Shown here: positions 13,400 through 26,525 of the stretch, piece after piece | Layout of the letters: every line of letters begins with the position of its first letter | How positions within the stretch are numbered: the stretch's first letter is position 1 | Assembly: GCA_964016885.1 (NCBI GenBank) | Contig: OZ024740.1 | Coordinates: 398,040,001-398,104,000, forward strand | DNA length: 64,000 nucleotides | Direction: 5' to 3' | Origin: Eledone cirrhosa | Taxonomy: Eukaryota | The notes under the pieces: generated by a model | Database searches by the model: none | What the model was told of the DNA's origin: nothing | What the model saw: only the letters and a program-made list of their open reading frames with translations | Made by a program: the position numbers and the translations under genes

Positions 13400-13578
13400 A
13401 TTGGCGGTAAAGCGACAGACACCATGCTTTATAGCATAGAGTTTTGGCCCTTTGCGTTCTGAGTTAAAATCCCACCGAGATTAACTTTGTCTTTCATCCT
13501 TACGGGGTCGGTAAAATAAAGCACCAGTAATGCACTGGGATAATTGCTAGCCTTGTGCCAAGAGTAGAAACAATTATT
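13400..13578 (+). mobile_element. tRNA-derived SINE, same family
   Basis: Same body; flanked by a duplicated ttattttcatgaacaggatt. Confidence 0.85.
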
Positions 13579-14562
13579 TTCATGAACAGGATTGACATAC
13601 GTAGCTGGGTTGGAAGTGGTATCACGACTGGCAGGTGTAAGATCAGTCGGCTGGAATTTACAGACGATATGGCATTACTTAAGTTGACAGAAGGTGATCG
13701 ACTTGCATTTGATAGGTTTGATGCCGAGTGCTGCATGGCTGGAATAAAAATCAGTGCTGCGAAACTGAGAAACTCGTCCTCTCAAGAAAGCCTGCGCAGT
13801 GCACTTTACATGTGAATAGAGTTCCACTGAAGCATATGGAGAAATTCAAGTATCTCGGGGCCTTGTTCACGACTGATGGAAGGCTGGAGGCTGAATTAAG
13901 TGCAAGAATTGCAGGAGCTGGTACAGTAATGAGCCAGATTCAGCATTCAGTAATCAGAAGAAGGGAGGTAGGTTTAAAAGCCAAACTCACTATCTTCAAT
14001 TCGGTATTCGTGCCGGGCCCTATCTATGGTTATCAATCTTGGTAATGACCGAAAGAATACGATCGCGAATACAAGCGGCCGAAATGGAGTTCTTTCGAAA
14101 GATCTTTGGAGTAACGTTACTCGATCGATAGAGTGCGTAGCTCGGAGATCAGGGAGTTACTCCAGGTAGAGTCTCTACTTCTCCAAATTTGGAGATCACA
14201 GCTCCGATAATGTGGGCATGTGGTTAGAATGTGTCAGGAAAGAATCGCTGGACAGATTTTACGGGCAAAACCAACTGTTAAACCCCGAGCAAGATGGTTG
14301 GATAACATCCAAAAGCTTGGCTGATCTCGCTTGGGGATCCGGCTGAATAAGCTGCTTCTGACAAGACCAACGGGAAGGAGTGTTTGAGGACTAAGTGGGC
14401 AAAGAAGAAGAAGAAGAAGAAGAAGAAGAAGAAGAAGAAGAAGAAGAAAGAAAGAAAGAAAGAAGTAAAAAGAAAACGCCAATATGTTTAGAATGGTTAC
14501 ATCCTGTGGTACACATACACGCGCCCACACACACACATGGGATATATATCCGTGTTTGTATG

Positions 14563-14634
<72 letters not shown>

Positions 14635-14819
14635 TATATATATATATACATACACACCAATGCTTTCCATAATACTTATCATGTTGTGGTTGGTGTTCTG
14701 GCGGTACACATTTGTGGATTTGCGCCTTTTTCAGTGTCTCGTTGGGTTATAAGTGTAAGGTGTATTTTCTTTAGACATTTATGGTTCCCACTATGAGCAG
14801 GGATTGAACAAAAAGATAG

Positions 14820-14822
14820 GAG

Positions 14823-14900
<78 letters not shown>
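14820..14900. repeat. (GA)n microsatellite
   Basis: Direct tandem repeat. Confidence 0.95.
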
Positions 14901-14903
<3 letters not shown>

Positions 14904-15329
14904 AGAGGCGGTAGATAGGGAAAAGGAGCTATCGGGGATAGCCGAGAAATAATGGGAGAACATTGAGAAAATTGGAAGGAGAGACGTGCAAATAAAAATA
15001 TAACATCATCATCTAAATAGAGAGAGAAGGAATAACATTAATAAGAGAAAGAGTGTGAATGGACGACGTCAGGAAAGATAGTATATATGTAGTGAGATAG
15101 TAGGAGGAGATGGGCGGAGTTAAACAAGAGGCGGTTTGAAAGGAGTTGCTAAATCATGAGAGCGAATGGGAACGGCTTACTAATGTGTAGTTATCATGTG
15201 TGAGAGAGAGGTGGTAGGGAAAGAGAGAAAGAGTGACGTAGAGTAATAAACGTACGTGGGAGGAGCTTAATAAGCAAGGAAAAAGGTAGAGAGAATCACA
15301 CACACACACACGTATATATATATGTAGAG

Positions 15330-16195
<866 letters not shown>

Positions 16196-16262
16196 TTATG
16201 CATGATTCTCTATAATGAACTATATCACTTTATATGTATATCTCTCTCTCTCTATATATATA

Positions 16263-16447
16263 TAGGAACGAGTAGGACCCCATTTTTTTTCTTTCTCTTT
16301 CTTATCTCTTTTAGCGGTTGAGCTCAAGCCGTTTCGACGGCTAAATCTGGTCCTACTCGTTCCTATTACCCACTCTACTACCCTAACCCTAAGTATTGAG
16401 TACTTTGGTGCGTTATGGTCCACCTGGTTCCTTACCACATTTCCTTC
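16263..16447 (-). mobile_element. (TA)n-embedded Penelope-like terminal repeat family
   Basis: tgtggtaaggaaccaggtggaccataacgcacc..agtactcaatacttagggt recurs at 18493-18595 (+) and 49661-49735 (+); includes an inverted partial copy aggaacgagtaggacc. Confidence 0.55.
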
Positions 16448-16450
16448 GTT

Positions 16451-16524
<74 letters not shown>

Positions 16525-16685
16525 TAAATCACTCCGATTTGACGAAAGTCGATCGACTGTCGATATATATATATATATATATATATATAATAGTTAAAAC
16601 AGAAAACAAAAAGACAAAAACAAAGCGAAGAGGCAGTATAAAGTGTTAATATTAGGTTCACGCTTGAGAGTGGGGGTGGGTTGGC

Positions 16686-16737
<52 letters not shown>

Positions 16738-16811
16738 CAGTCGATCGACTTTCGTCAAATCAAACCGAGGAAACAATGTTTCCATTGGTCTTTCCAATTG
16801 CTAATACTATC

Positions 16812-16938
16812 TGTCGGTCGCGACTCCAGGTAGAAGGACAAACGTGAAATAAAGGACATAACGCATCACCCGGTCCAGGAATCGAACTCACAACCTCACG
16901 ATTGCGGTTCTAATTCGCTACCCATTCAGTCGTGCACC
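16812..16938 (-). mobile_element. tRNA-derived SINE head
   Basis: Minus strand A-box-like tgaatgggtag and B-box gagttcgattcc. Confidence 0.65.
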
Positions 16939-16975
<37 letters not shown>

Positions 16976-17009
16976 GTGTGTGTGTGTATGTATGTATGTA
17001 TGTATTTAT

Positions 17010-17630
17010 GTCAGGTCACCCGTTGGTGCTACTGGTAACATGTATTCCAGTACAACCTGTCCCATGGTCGGGTCGTTGGCGACTAAACTGGCAACCCCAC
17101 CAAGGTTTCTTGGTGAGGAGGGTGACTTTGGACATCCTGCAGGACTAAAAACAAAACCTGTAAAAGGGCAAAGGAGCTCTTAAGAGTCAATGGCCATCCA
17201 AAATCACCGGGAGAGATGACCCCTTAGCCTTTGTCAAGGCAGAATTCTAGGAGAAGGAAAACTCTGATATAACACCTGCAACCCTGATGGTATCCAATGA
17301 TGTTGACTTGTTCTTCTTTTTGATAAATATCATCTTGATTAAGAGAGTGGGACTGGCTCTGTGCAGTGCCTTTGCTCACTATAAAAGCTTCACGGCACAG
17401 GCATTGCTTTATATCTGGAGATCTCTCTGCACTTGTCGTCACATGGTACCATGGGCCCAGCACTATGTGTCAATAATTGTCACAAGTGTAGTGTTTGTAC
17501 CAGAGTTTTCAAGTCGCTGGCTGGACTAAAATGTCACACTCGTTCAGCGCATCGGTAGGGGTTCTCCTACATGGATATAAAGTAGTGGCCGTACTCGAAA
17601 ACGAGTTGGCAGCCACCATCTATGTATGTA
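17010..17630 (+). mobile_element. Non-autonomous RTE derivative (5'UTR fused to 3' end) in (TATG)n
   Basis: Nearly identical to 54762-55329; 3' stem-loop tactcg-aaaa-cgagt then cagccaccat(TATG)n, like the end of the RTE at 43810-43845. Confidence 0.85.
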
Positions 17631-17784
17631 TATATATATGTTTTTGTGCAAGACACTACTTTCAAATGAGGACTCAATATGTATGAATTTGCAGAAAATT
17701 AAATAAAAAAAAATATATTTACGTCTCAATCCACAATACACACACACACAAACACACACTCACTCACTCACTCACTCACTATCT

Positions 17785-17894
<110 letters not shown>

Positions 17895-18093
17895 CACATA
17901 TAAACTCGCATATCTGATGAAATGTCGAGGAAGAGTCGGGCCCCGGAATCGCTGCTTTCACCCTTAACGGGATCTTCTGAAACTAATATTTATTTTATTT
18001 TAATAAATATTTGCTCTACGGTTCTTATATATTTGATATATATTTATCCTTATCGAGCCCTCTTTGGATTTCAGTCTTCCAATTTATTATTAT

Positions 18094-18160
<67 letters not shown>

Positions 18161-18245
18161 CTAAATGAAACAAACAAAACACAGGAGGCAATTTTACACA
18201 ATTATATTAGGTTCACGGTTGGAGGAATATACATACATACACACA

Positions 18246-18347
<102 letters not shown>

Positions 18348-18492
18348 GAGAGAGACATGATATGCATACGTATATGTTCATGTATAAGTATACATAAGTC
18401 TCGCTATGAATCTTTTAGGCTATGATCACTTACACGTCGATTATGAATCACGCTATGTTAGTGTTACTGTTATATATATATAACAAAAAACA

Positions 18493-18597
18493 GTGTGGTA
18501 AGATACCAGGTGGACCATAACGCACAAGAGTACTCAATACTTAGGGTAGTATAGAGGGTCGAAACGGCCGGAGCTCAGCCGTCGGGGTGCTGACTCT
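18493..18597 (+). mobile_element. Penelope-like terminal remnant (family of 16263-16447)
   Basis: Shared ~60-nt motif plus gtcgaaacggc.gagctca.ccg; (TA)n on both sides. Confidence 0.5.
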
Positions 18598-19275
18598 TTA
18601 TATATATATATATTGATATCACTAATGAGATAATGAGATATCAACTATTTTTGTTATTTTTAGCTCTAGGCTACCCTTAATCCAATAGATATAATACTAA
18701 AGGCATTTCCATCTATTTCATCATTTTGATGTTGTTGTCTCATTGGATGGTAGACAGTAGGGTGAGCTTCGACGTAGATTGTCTGTTATTTTCAGCTGGG
18801 CGAGCAACAACATAGCAGCTTGCTTGTTGGCTAGATTTTATTGTTAGAAAGAAAGGGCGGGAATTGTGGGCTAGTTTAAGGGAGTGTTGTTATATCCTGA
18901 TTGGCAGGCGTTTGGAGTGAATATACTGTAGGCGTGGTTATGTCATGAAGAGTGACATCTGTAGGGCTGTATCAAGGCATTTGGTTTCTTTTTACAAATT
19001 GGTTATTTCTATAACTTGAATGCATAAGAAAACGATGAATTTAATGTTGGTATAAACTACCGTTTATAAATCTTCCCGAGAAAACAACTAACTTTAAAAC
19101 ATTCTGTTGATTTCTTCGTATACAGAAGAAAACAACACAAGAAATTGCTTTGTATTATATTGAATGTTAAGAATCAGATAAAATCCTTTTCGGTATGTGC
19201 CCCGATTCTCTGCCCTTGAAGTTCAAATACCGTGTAGCTCAATTTTACCTCACACTCTTCAAGTACAGAGTTCAA

Positions 19276-19401
<126 letters not shown>

Positions 19402-19557
19402 CCATTCGAAAAGGGAAGAAATGGAGAAGCGTTGAGCGAGGGTCTAAAAACTTCCTCGAATAGTAAAACCGGTGTGTTTGTGGAACTGTTCCAATATGGT
19501 CTGATGTGTAGTAGGATACGGACCTGAAATAAGAAGATATATACTAACATTTAATAT

Positions 19558-19685
<128 letters not shown>

Positions 19686-20329
19686 GTATATATATGTGTA
19701 TGTATATATATATATATATCCCTCAAGCTCTGATGGCGATTAGCGCTAAATATTGATGTTGATTTGGTTATCAATATTAATATTATTGGGCACCCACTGA
19801 AGATTTATAAGAGCCCACTTGAATAAGTATCCGTTGATTATACAAGCTTCTACATAATTTGGTATAATTTCACCCAAATTGTAGAAATCTTATAATGAAA
19901 CGAGTCGTCTGGGAAGTGATATATTTGATATATCTCATATGAAATGATACAGCCAATTTTCCACACAATACAATTAGTTAGCACCCCGAACGTTTAATTA
20001 GGAATATACTCAGGTATTTCCTAATGTTTGTTGAGTGAGTTGGTATTTGGCCGGAGTATCGCTATTAGCTTTCTCCGATTATGTATTTATATATTTACTC
20101 TTGGAGCAACAGATATGAACTTTCCCGATATAAAGTATGACTCTCTTTGTTTATTCTTTATATGAATATTGATTGTTTGTTCTTGTATCTCATTCTGTTA
20201 TTTTGCCTGAGAAAATATCTATGTGTCATCAAGCGATGCGTACATATGGTTATTTTTTTCATATCCAATTGAGTTCTAGCACGTGGCTTGAATTCTTTTC
20301 AGAATTCATTGACCTGGGCATGTATTGTT

Positions 20330-22345
20330 TTTTGGCGGTAGTCTCCTTCCTCCTATTTTCGAGACAGTGTGAGATTGTCTTTAGAACTGCTGGACTAACA
20401 ACCTAGTACAGACGGTACAGGATGATACAGTCTTTCGTCCTGGCCACCAGACAGATAAAAACTGCCTCTCTTCCTCATCTAAAGGAAGACGGTGGGGCGA
20501 TCTTCACAATGGACTCAGTTGATATTCGGATCCGTACGTGACAGCAGGTGCTCGACATAAACCCACAGGTCAGCAATACTCGGACACTCTATGATGCAGG
20601 GCGGTTTCATTGCCCTGTGCGCACCTCGGGCAAATCCGACTGATGGCACTTCCATGCCTGTAGAGTTTATAACGAACTGGTAAAATTCCTCGGTAGCACT
20701 ACCAGGCCAGAGATTTCTGAAAGTTGTCCATGGGCCCTGGACCGAAAGTCCTCTGGAAAGAGCGGCTAGTTGATTTTCGTCAACGTCCAGAGTCTCCCCA
20801 AGGACGTCGTCGTTCTTACCTTCCACTAACATCTAAAGAATGCTAAGGTGGAGTTTCCACCGATCGTACTGTCCAATTGGCTGAGAGCTGTGAACGCTTG
20901 AAGACATTCCAGTCTCCAAGCGCTCCATCTCGGTCTTCGCTTGACCCAAGATTGCAGCTCTGTTAAGGAGAAAAAGGTGTCTAGCGAACGGCGACTAAAC
21001 CTGTTCACCATCAAGAAAGGTTGGAGATGTTGTAGCCTGAGCGCCTGACGACGCTGTTGGACGGCATGGACATGCCTCTCCAGGTGCCGAGCTGCAGGCC
21101 CACTGACATTTCCTGGTTAGGTTTTGCTCCTGTTACCGCCTAGTACTCCCTGAGAGTGGTACCAATCATCTGAATGTGTTTGGTGTCTGACATCACTACG
21201 GTGACGTCGTCGGCATATGCACATCTCCCACATCCTAGTTCGCGCTGGATGCTCCTCAACATCTCCAATTTGTGTAGTAATGGCTGAAGCGTCAATACAT
21301 ACAAAAGGGGCGAGAGGGGACAACTTTGGTGGGCCAAGCACATGATGTTGAATGGTTCCGAAAGGTAACCGTTCATTCTAACCATAGAGCAGATGTCGCT
21401 GTGCATTGCAGTGATTCAGCCCCTGAAAACGAGTTCGAAGCAGGCTGCGTTGAGGACGGCTGCGAGGTAGCGGTCGACTCTATCGAAAGCCTTTGATTGA
21501 TATACATTGAACAGAGCACCACTCGTTCCAGGTTCCTTAACCACCCTCTCTATGATGTATCGCATGAGGTGGAGGTTGTCGTTGATGGATCTGTTCCGAA
21601 TGGCGCATATTTGTGCCACCCTTTACTAGACCACCGACGACAAGCGCCACTCTCGTTGCTAACACCTTGGCAAAAATTTTAAACTGTGTTTAGCAGAGTT
21701 ATGGACCTGGAATTGTCTATATGGTCCGCCTTGTTTGGGTCCTTTCTCAGCAGCGCTTCCGCCCCTCGACTCACAGAACTGTGAATTCTCCCGTTCTGGT
21801 GCTAGTTGGCGTAGACGTCCGCTAAGATGTCGCCAAACAAGTCTGGCATGTTTGTGTAAAGCTCGTACGGCAGATCATCTAAGCCAGGGAATTTGCCCCT
21901 CGTGCAGCTAGCCATTGCGTCCCATATTTCTTCGGCTGTTATCAGTTTTTCGCAACACTCCACCTCCCTCGCCGAGAGCCGTGGTAGGCTCTGAAATCGA
22001 TCGCTCGATCCGATCTGCCACCGCTCCAGAACATTTGAGCGAAGTGTCGCTGAAAACCCTCACACATTTGCTTGGGATCAAGTACCATGCGCCCGTTGTG
22101 GTCCTCCAAAGATCGGATTATGACGTTGTTGCCACGCCTTACGTCTGCCACTCGAGCCCATTGAACAGCTTCCGTACTCTCGTGTCTAAGATCATGCGCC
22201 TTAGCTCTGACAACGCAGCCTTCGTGCTTAGCATTGAAGAATTAGTTCAGGACCAATCTCACCACGAGAACGTTGGCTGTGATGACTTTAGTAAGTACTT
22301 CTAGGTACTTAGATCTCCCTCTACTCTAGTTTTCTTTATCGTTAC
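20330..22345 (-). mobile_element. Old degenerate Tx1-clade LINE fragment (RT region)
   Basis: Minus-strand peptides RSINDNLHLMRYIIERV, SKAFDRVD, CPLSPLLYVLTL and AYADDVTV with many stops. Confidence 0.9.
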
Positions 22346-22376
22346 AGCCTTACTAAACCTTTTTAGGGCGAACCAA

Positions 22377-22459
22377 ATAATAATTGTTTCTATTTTAGGC
22401 ACAAGGCCAGCAATTAACCAGTACATTACTGGTACTTTATTTTATCGACCCCATAAGGA

Positions 22460-22462
<3 letters not shown>
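22377..22462 (-). mobile_element. SINE 3' half, duplicated at 23087-23172
   Basis: Same SINE family as 13171. Confidence 0.75.
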
Positions 22463-22493
<31 letters not shown>

Positions 22494-23054
22494 CAGAACA
22501 AGCAAAATTCAACCAATTTTTTAAAATAAATTAAAAAATATAATATAAATATTTACCTCTTCTAATGGCCCTTACTGATCAGTTTCGCTTAGTAAAACCC
22601 CAGAAATCCGATGGATATCTGATGGAAGACCAAAGCTTATCAGAGAAGCATTTTCCTTTCCTAGGGCTAAAAGACCCAGGAACGATAAAATATATGACCT
22701 CCTGCCAGCTAACACAGGTCTGAAAGGTCGTAAAAGTGACCCGTATGTAAACCGGTCTGAAGTAAAAGCGGGAAACCACAGACTTTCTGTCTATAATTAC
22801 TACTAAAAAAAAATAGCAGCTAAATAGAACAACAGATTTGTTCTCTACATAACGGAGAATAATGAATGAAGTTAATATGTCAAAGGATACTAAGTACCCC
22901 TAGAAATACATAGGTTGTCTATGATTCAAGGTTGTTCAATGGTATTAATTTGATATACCAGAACTTTAATACTAAGATAAGCAGAACAAGCAAAATTCAA
23001 CCAATTTTTTAAAATAAATTAAAAAATATAAAATAAATATATATATATATATAT
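22463..23054 (-). mobile_element. Penelope-like pseudo-LTR insertion with ~60-bp terminal direct repeat
   Basis: aagcagaacaagcaaaattcaacc... at 22491 and 22979; (TA)n at both ends; hammerhead-like core on the minus strand at 22569-22647. Confidence 0.65.
22569..22647 (-). ncRNA. Hammerhead-like motif with extended stem II (G8A variant)
   Basis: uucu-CUGAUAA-GCUU..~40 nt..AAGC-GAA-ACUGAUCAGU-A-aggg with palindromic stem III. Confidence 0.5.
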
Positions 23055-23169
23055 TAGCCTTACTAAACCTTTTTAGGGCGAACCAAATAATAATTGTTTC
23101 TATTTTAGGCACAAGGCCAGCAATTACCCAGTACATTACTGGTACTTTATTTTATCAACCCCGTAAGGA

Positions 23170-23220
<51 letters not shown>

Positions 23221-24424
23221 TGAAAAGATTTAAATTCAACCGTGCAAGCTCTAAGCAGATATAACTTAGTGAACAACTTCATTTATGTTATTGCTTATGT
23301 TGTTATTGTTGTTTAATCTTAGGTCGCCCTCAGTGAGCTTACCGATGATTACCCCATTCTTTTCATGGGCATTCCATATCTAGGAGTACACAGTCTAATG
23401 TGTTCCTCCACTAAGTAAATGGATAGAAATGATAACTAGAACTGTTTAGGAAATAACTCAGAAAATAAAATCAACAAAAGAAAACAACAGCTATGTTAGT
23501 ATCTAATAATTTTGACTTTATCTATCGATGTGTATTATTCACAGATTTCCATCGATTGATCACGGCTGATCAGAGTTAGGATTGTTAGGGTTACGGTTGG
23601 TCACATTAAACTGTACAACATGGCAAAGAATGAAATATTGAAACTGCGTTTTCCCACGATGTATATCAGGTGACAACACATGCAGGCCTGTAAAATTCTA
23701 TGCCTGAAATGAAGATTATTAACTGGATAAACTCATTACATCCTGATCTCACAAAACGCCAGTACAATCGGAACAAAAAAGTTTTTTGTTTTTATTATTC
23801 CAGTTAACAGCTGTGCATAAACACCTACCTAATAGGGTGTGGTCTTGAGGAGTGCTTGCGCTATCACACTTAGCATTGACTATTGGATGCACACTGTACG
23901 TTACACACAGCTGTGTTTGACGCACATGACATCAATTTTTAACCAGTTGCCCTGGCTGCAATTCTTTATATATTTGTTTACTCTAACAGAAAAGGTAAAT
24001 AAATAAAATATTTCTTTTACTTTGATTAACATATTAAGTATATCAACAGCTGTTGTACCATCTCTTGCTAATGCTGTTTCAATCTAATCTAACTCGATAT
24101 CACTTTTGTAGTCACTGTATACGAACACAACAAAAGGTTAATAGAGTTTCCTGAGAAATTGATTTTACATGGATTATACTAACATGTTCGTCTATGGGCG
24201 AAGAGTTAAGAAGTTAAATGATAGTTAATGCTAGATATGACAATGTATTCATGGACAAGGCACTCGAATCTACAAGCCTCTATCCACATTACTGAAGTCC
24301 ATTTTATAGTAAGTGCGAGTTGATTCAGGAGCTTCTTGGTGTTGTTATTGGTTAGATGCAGGTCAATTCTTTTTTTAGGGATGGTTTGGATGCAACTTTT
24401 AGCAAATCAAGCGATCCTGTAGAG

Positions 24425-24777
24425 CAGGGGTTCCCAACCATTTTTGCATCATCACCCACTTACATATGGAAACATTTTTCACTGCCCACCTGCAATAGTA
24501 AATATTCAAAAGCATATAAAAAATGTTTGGTAAACATTTGTTACTAGTTCGTTATTCCCATTTAATCTCCTGTTTTGTATACAACTTCTTTGAATATCTC
24601 CTGTGAATATATTTTTTTCAGGGTAACATACGTTGAAATACCTTCTTAATACTCAAAATGCTATATCGTCCACCAAAATGTTCAATCACCCTCCATTTTC
24701 TGTTCAATTGCTCATCATCCACCCAACGGTTGAAATCGTCCACCGGTAGGTGATATCGCCCAGGTTTGACAACTCTG
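24425..24777. mobile_element. hAT-type MITE
   Basis: TIRs caggggttcccaacc / ggtttgacaactctg with a near 8-bp TSD ctgtagag/gtgtagag. Confidence 0.7.
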
Positions 24778-24879
24778 GTGTAGAGGCTCATCTCAGTATT
24801 CATTCTTGCATTAGCACACGGTAAAGAATGCTAGACGGCGGTACGATTGACTAATTCAATTTTAGTATACCGTATTATT

Positions 24880-25032
24880 AATACTTATTGTTAGTACTTA
24901 TTTTATTGACACCCTCTCCCTGAAAGAATAAAAAGCAAAGTTGAAATCGATGGAATTTGAACTCAAAACGCATCACCTGGTACCACAAGAATTTTGTTAG
25001 CATTTCTAGCAATTCTGCCAATCCACTGCCAT
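24880..25032 (-). mobile_element. Degenerate tRNA-derived SINE
   Basis: aaaagcaaagttg...ggaatttgaactca...ttctgccaatcc motif. Confidence 0.6.
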
Positions 25033-25124
25033 TGTTATTCTTAATGTTGCTGTAATAATATTGTTACATTTATTGAAAAAAAAAATCAAACAGAAACAAA
25101 AACAACACAAAAATTCCGGCATCA

Positions 25125-25372
25125 TCTATAATAATATTCTGTGTATCACGTCATGTATGTGTGTGTTAAAATCGAAAAAAATTATTGAAATATTTTGTAT
25201 CGTGAAATATTTTTGCGCATTACGCTTAAAACCATCTTAACAATGGAACCAAATCAAAGATATGATTGTAATACTGAACGTGAAATAGAAACGTTATGAA
25301 AATCTTTAAATATAAGAATAAATTTAGAAATAAGAATATTTATAAAATTTGCAATTTCTTCGATGTCGCTAG
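25125..25372 (+). mobile_element. Possible small Helitron remnant
   Basis: A|TC-tataataat start and CTAG|T end; no clear subterminal hairpin. Confidence 0.35.
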
Positions 25373-25639
25373 TATGATATAAGTCTACAAAGTACTAGGG
25401 ATTTAAAATAAATTGCAAAATTTAGTAGCGGCAGCTAAGGTGAAATGGAATAAAGTCTATCTTGTGAGTCAGAAAATGTATGTATCTATGGTGGTTTCTA
25501 ATGGCGTTTTGAAATGATGAATAATAGAGGCTTAAAACAAAGCAAGTGGATTTCAATAGGAGATGAGGATGTAAAAGCTTTGCAAATCAACTCAGATATT
25601 TCCAAAGGTACCAACAGGGTTTCCAATATGTGCCATTGT

Positions 25640-26525
25640 GGACCTGGTCAAACTGCATAGGGTCATCCAGGTCGTATCTAGATTGGGTATATTGTAGAGA
25701 AATAGATAGGGATAGTGTAGACTGTCCACAATTTAAAGCGATCATAAATTCGGGATCTGTACAGTCGACTTAGATAGGTTCCATAGACAGGAGCCAAGTT
25801 ACTGGAAGCTGGACGCGCAAAGATTACAGAGACCGGATCAGTGAATTAATTAAATGGGCATTGACAGGGAATGTCGTCAACAACAGACGACGGGGGCCCT
25901 GAAAAGGGTCACTAGAGTAAAATCCACAAGGTTTAGAAACGTACTAGAGATAGAAAAAATAGTGTAGTGACAATTATAAATCTAGAAGAGGCATTTAGGA
26001 AATGCATTGTGACTGATGAAAAGTTCAATGAGCCTAAGTGGTGGCCGCACACCGTGGAAACAAACCCAGGTATTTGGCTGACAACAACGAACCTGTGCTA
26101 CTCATTCCGAGCAGATGTGTTCGGGACGAGCGGCGAGTTGGATTGCCGGATAGACTTCGAGCCTACCTCGACTACCTGCTGCGACTCTCGGCAACAGAGA
26201 CAGTAGTGCGAAAGACCAATGACAGGTCATGAAATATGGGAGCCAATAGTTGGCTGCACAAGGGACAAATTGCTTGGTTTAGAGGGAGGGTCTGACCTAC
26301 AAGTTTTGCGTTTACATGCCAGACTTGTTCAGCAACAACGTAGCAGACATCTTTCCCAACTGGCAGAAAAATGGGAGTATTCCCAGTTCCGTGAACCAAG
26401 AAGTGGTGGCTCTGCTGAGAAAGGACCCAAACAAGAGTGGATCACAAAGATTACTTCGGACCCATAACTCTGTTAAATGCAGTGTTCAAGATTTTGGCCA
26501 TGGTGCTAGCAATGACGTTGTCGCA
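25640..26525 (+). mobile_element. Old degenerate Tx1-clade LINE fragment
   Basis: SYLD, YWKLD and MPDLFSNNVADIFPNWQKNGSIPSSV..VVALLRKDPNK are homologous to Tx1 ORF2. Confidence 0.85.

Larger units (their letters stand above)
13050..14465 (+). mobile_element. 5'-truncated RTE-type LINE with (AAG)n tail, interrupted by two SINEs
   Basis: GLSQG..LPSLLFIIFMNRI, FTDD, EKFKYLG, RIRSRIQAAEMEF, RWLDNI; (AAG)n at 14402-14465. Confidence 0.85.

Noticed and set aside
17287-17529. Conserved 80-aa ORF duplicated at 54997-55239
   Set aside because: Identity reflects recent copies of a non-autonomous element; the frame is not kept in related families.
17907-17995. Hammerhead with a large stem II
   Set aside because: CUGAUGA and GAAAC are present, but stems I and III could not be paired convincingly.
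23975-24000. 5-nt microexon (ctaacag AAAAG gtaaat)
   Set aside because: Could occur by chance in AT-rich DNA, and there is no supporting gene context.
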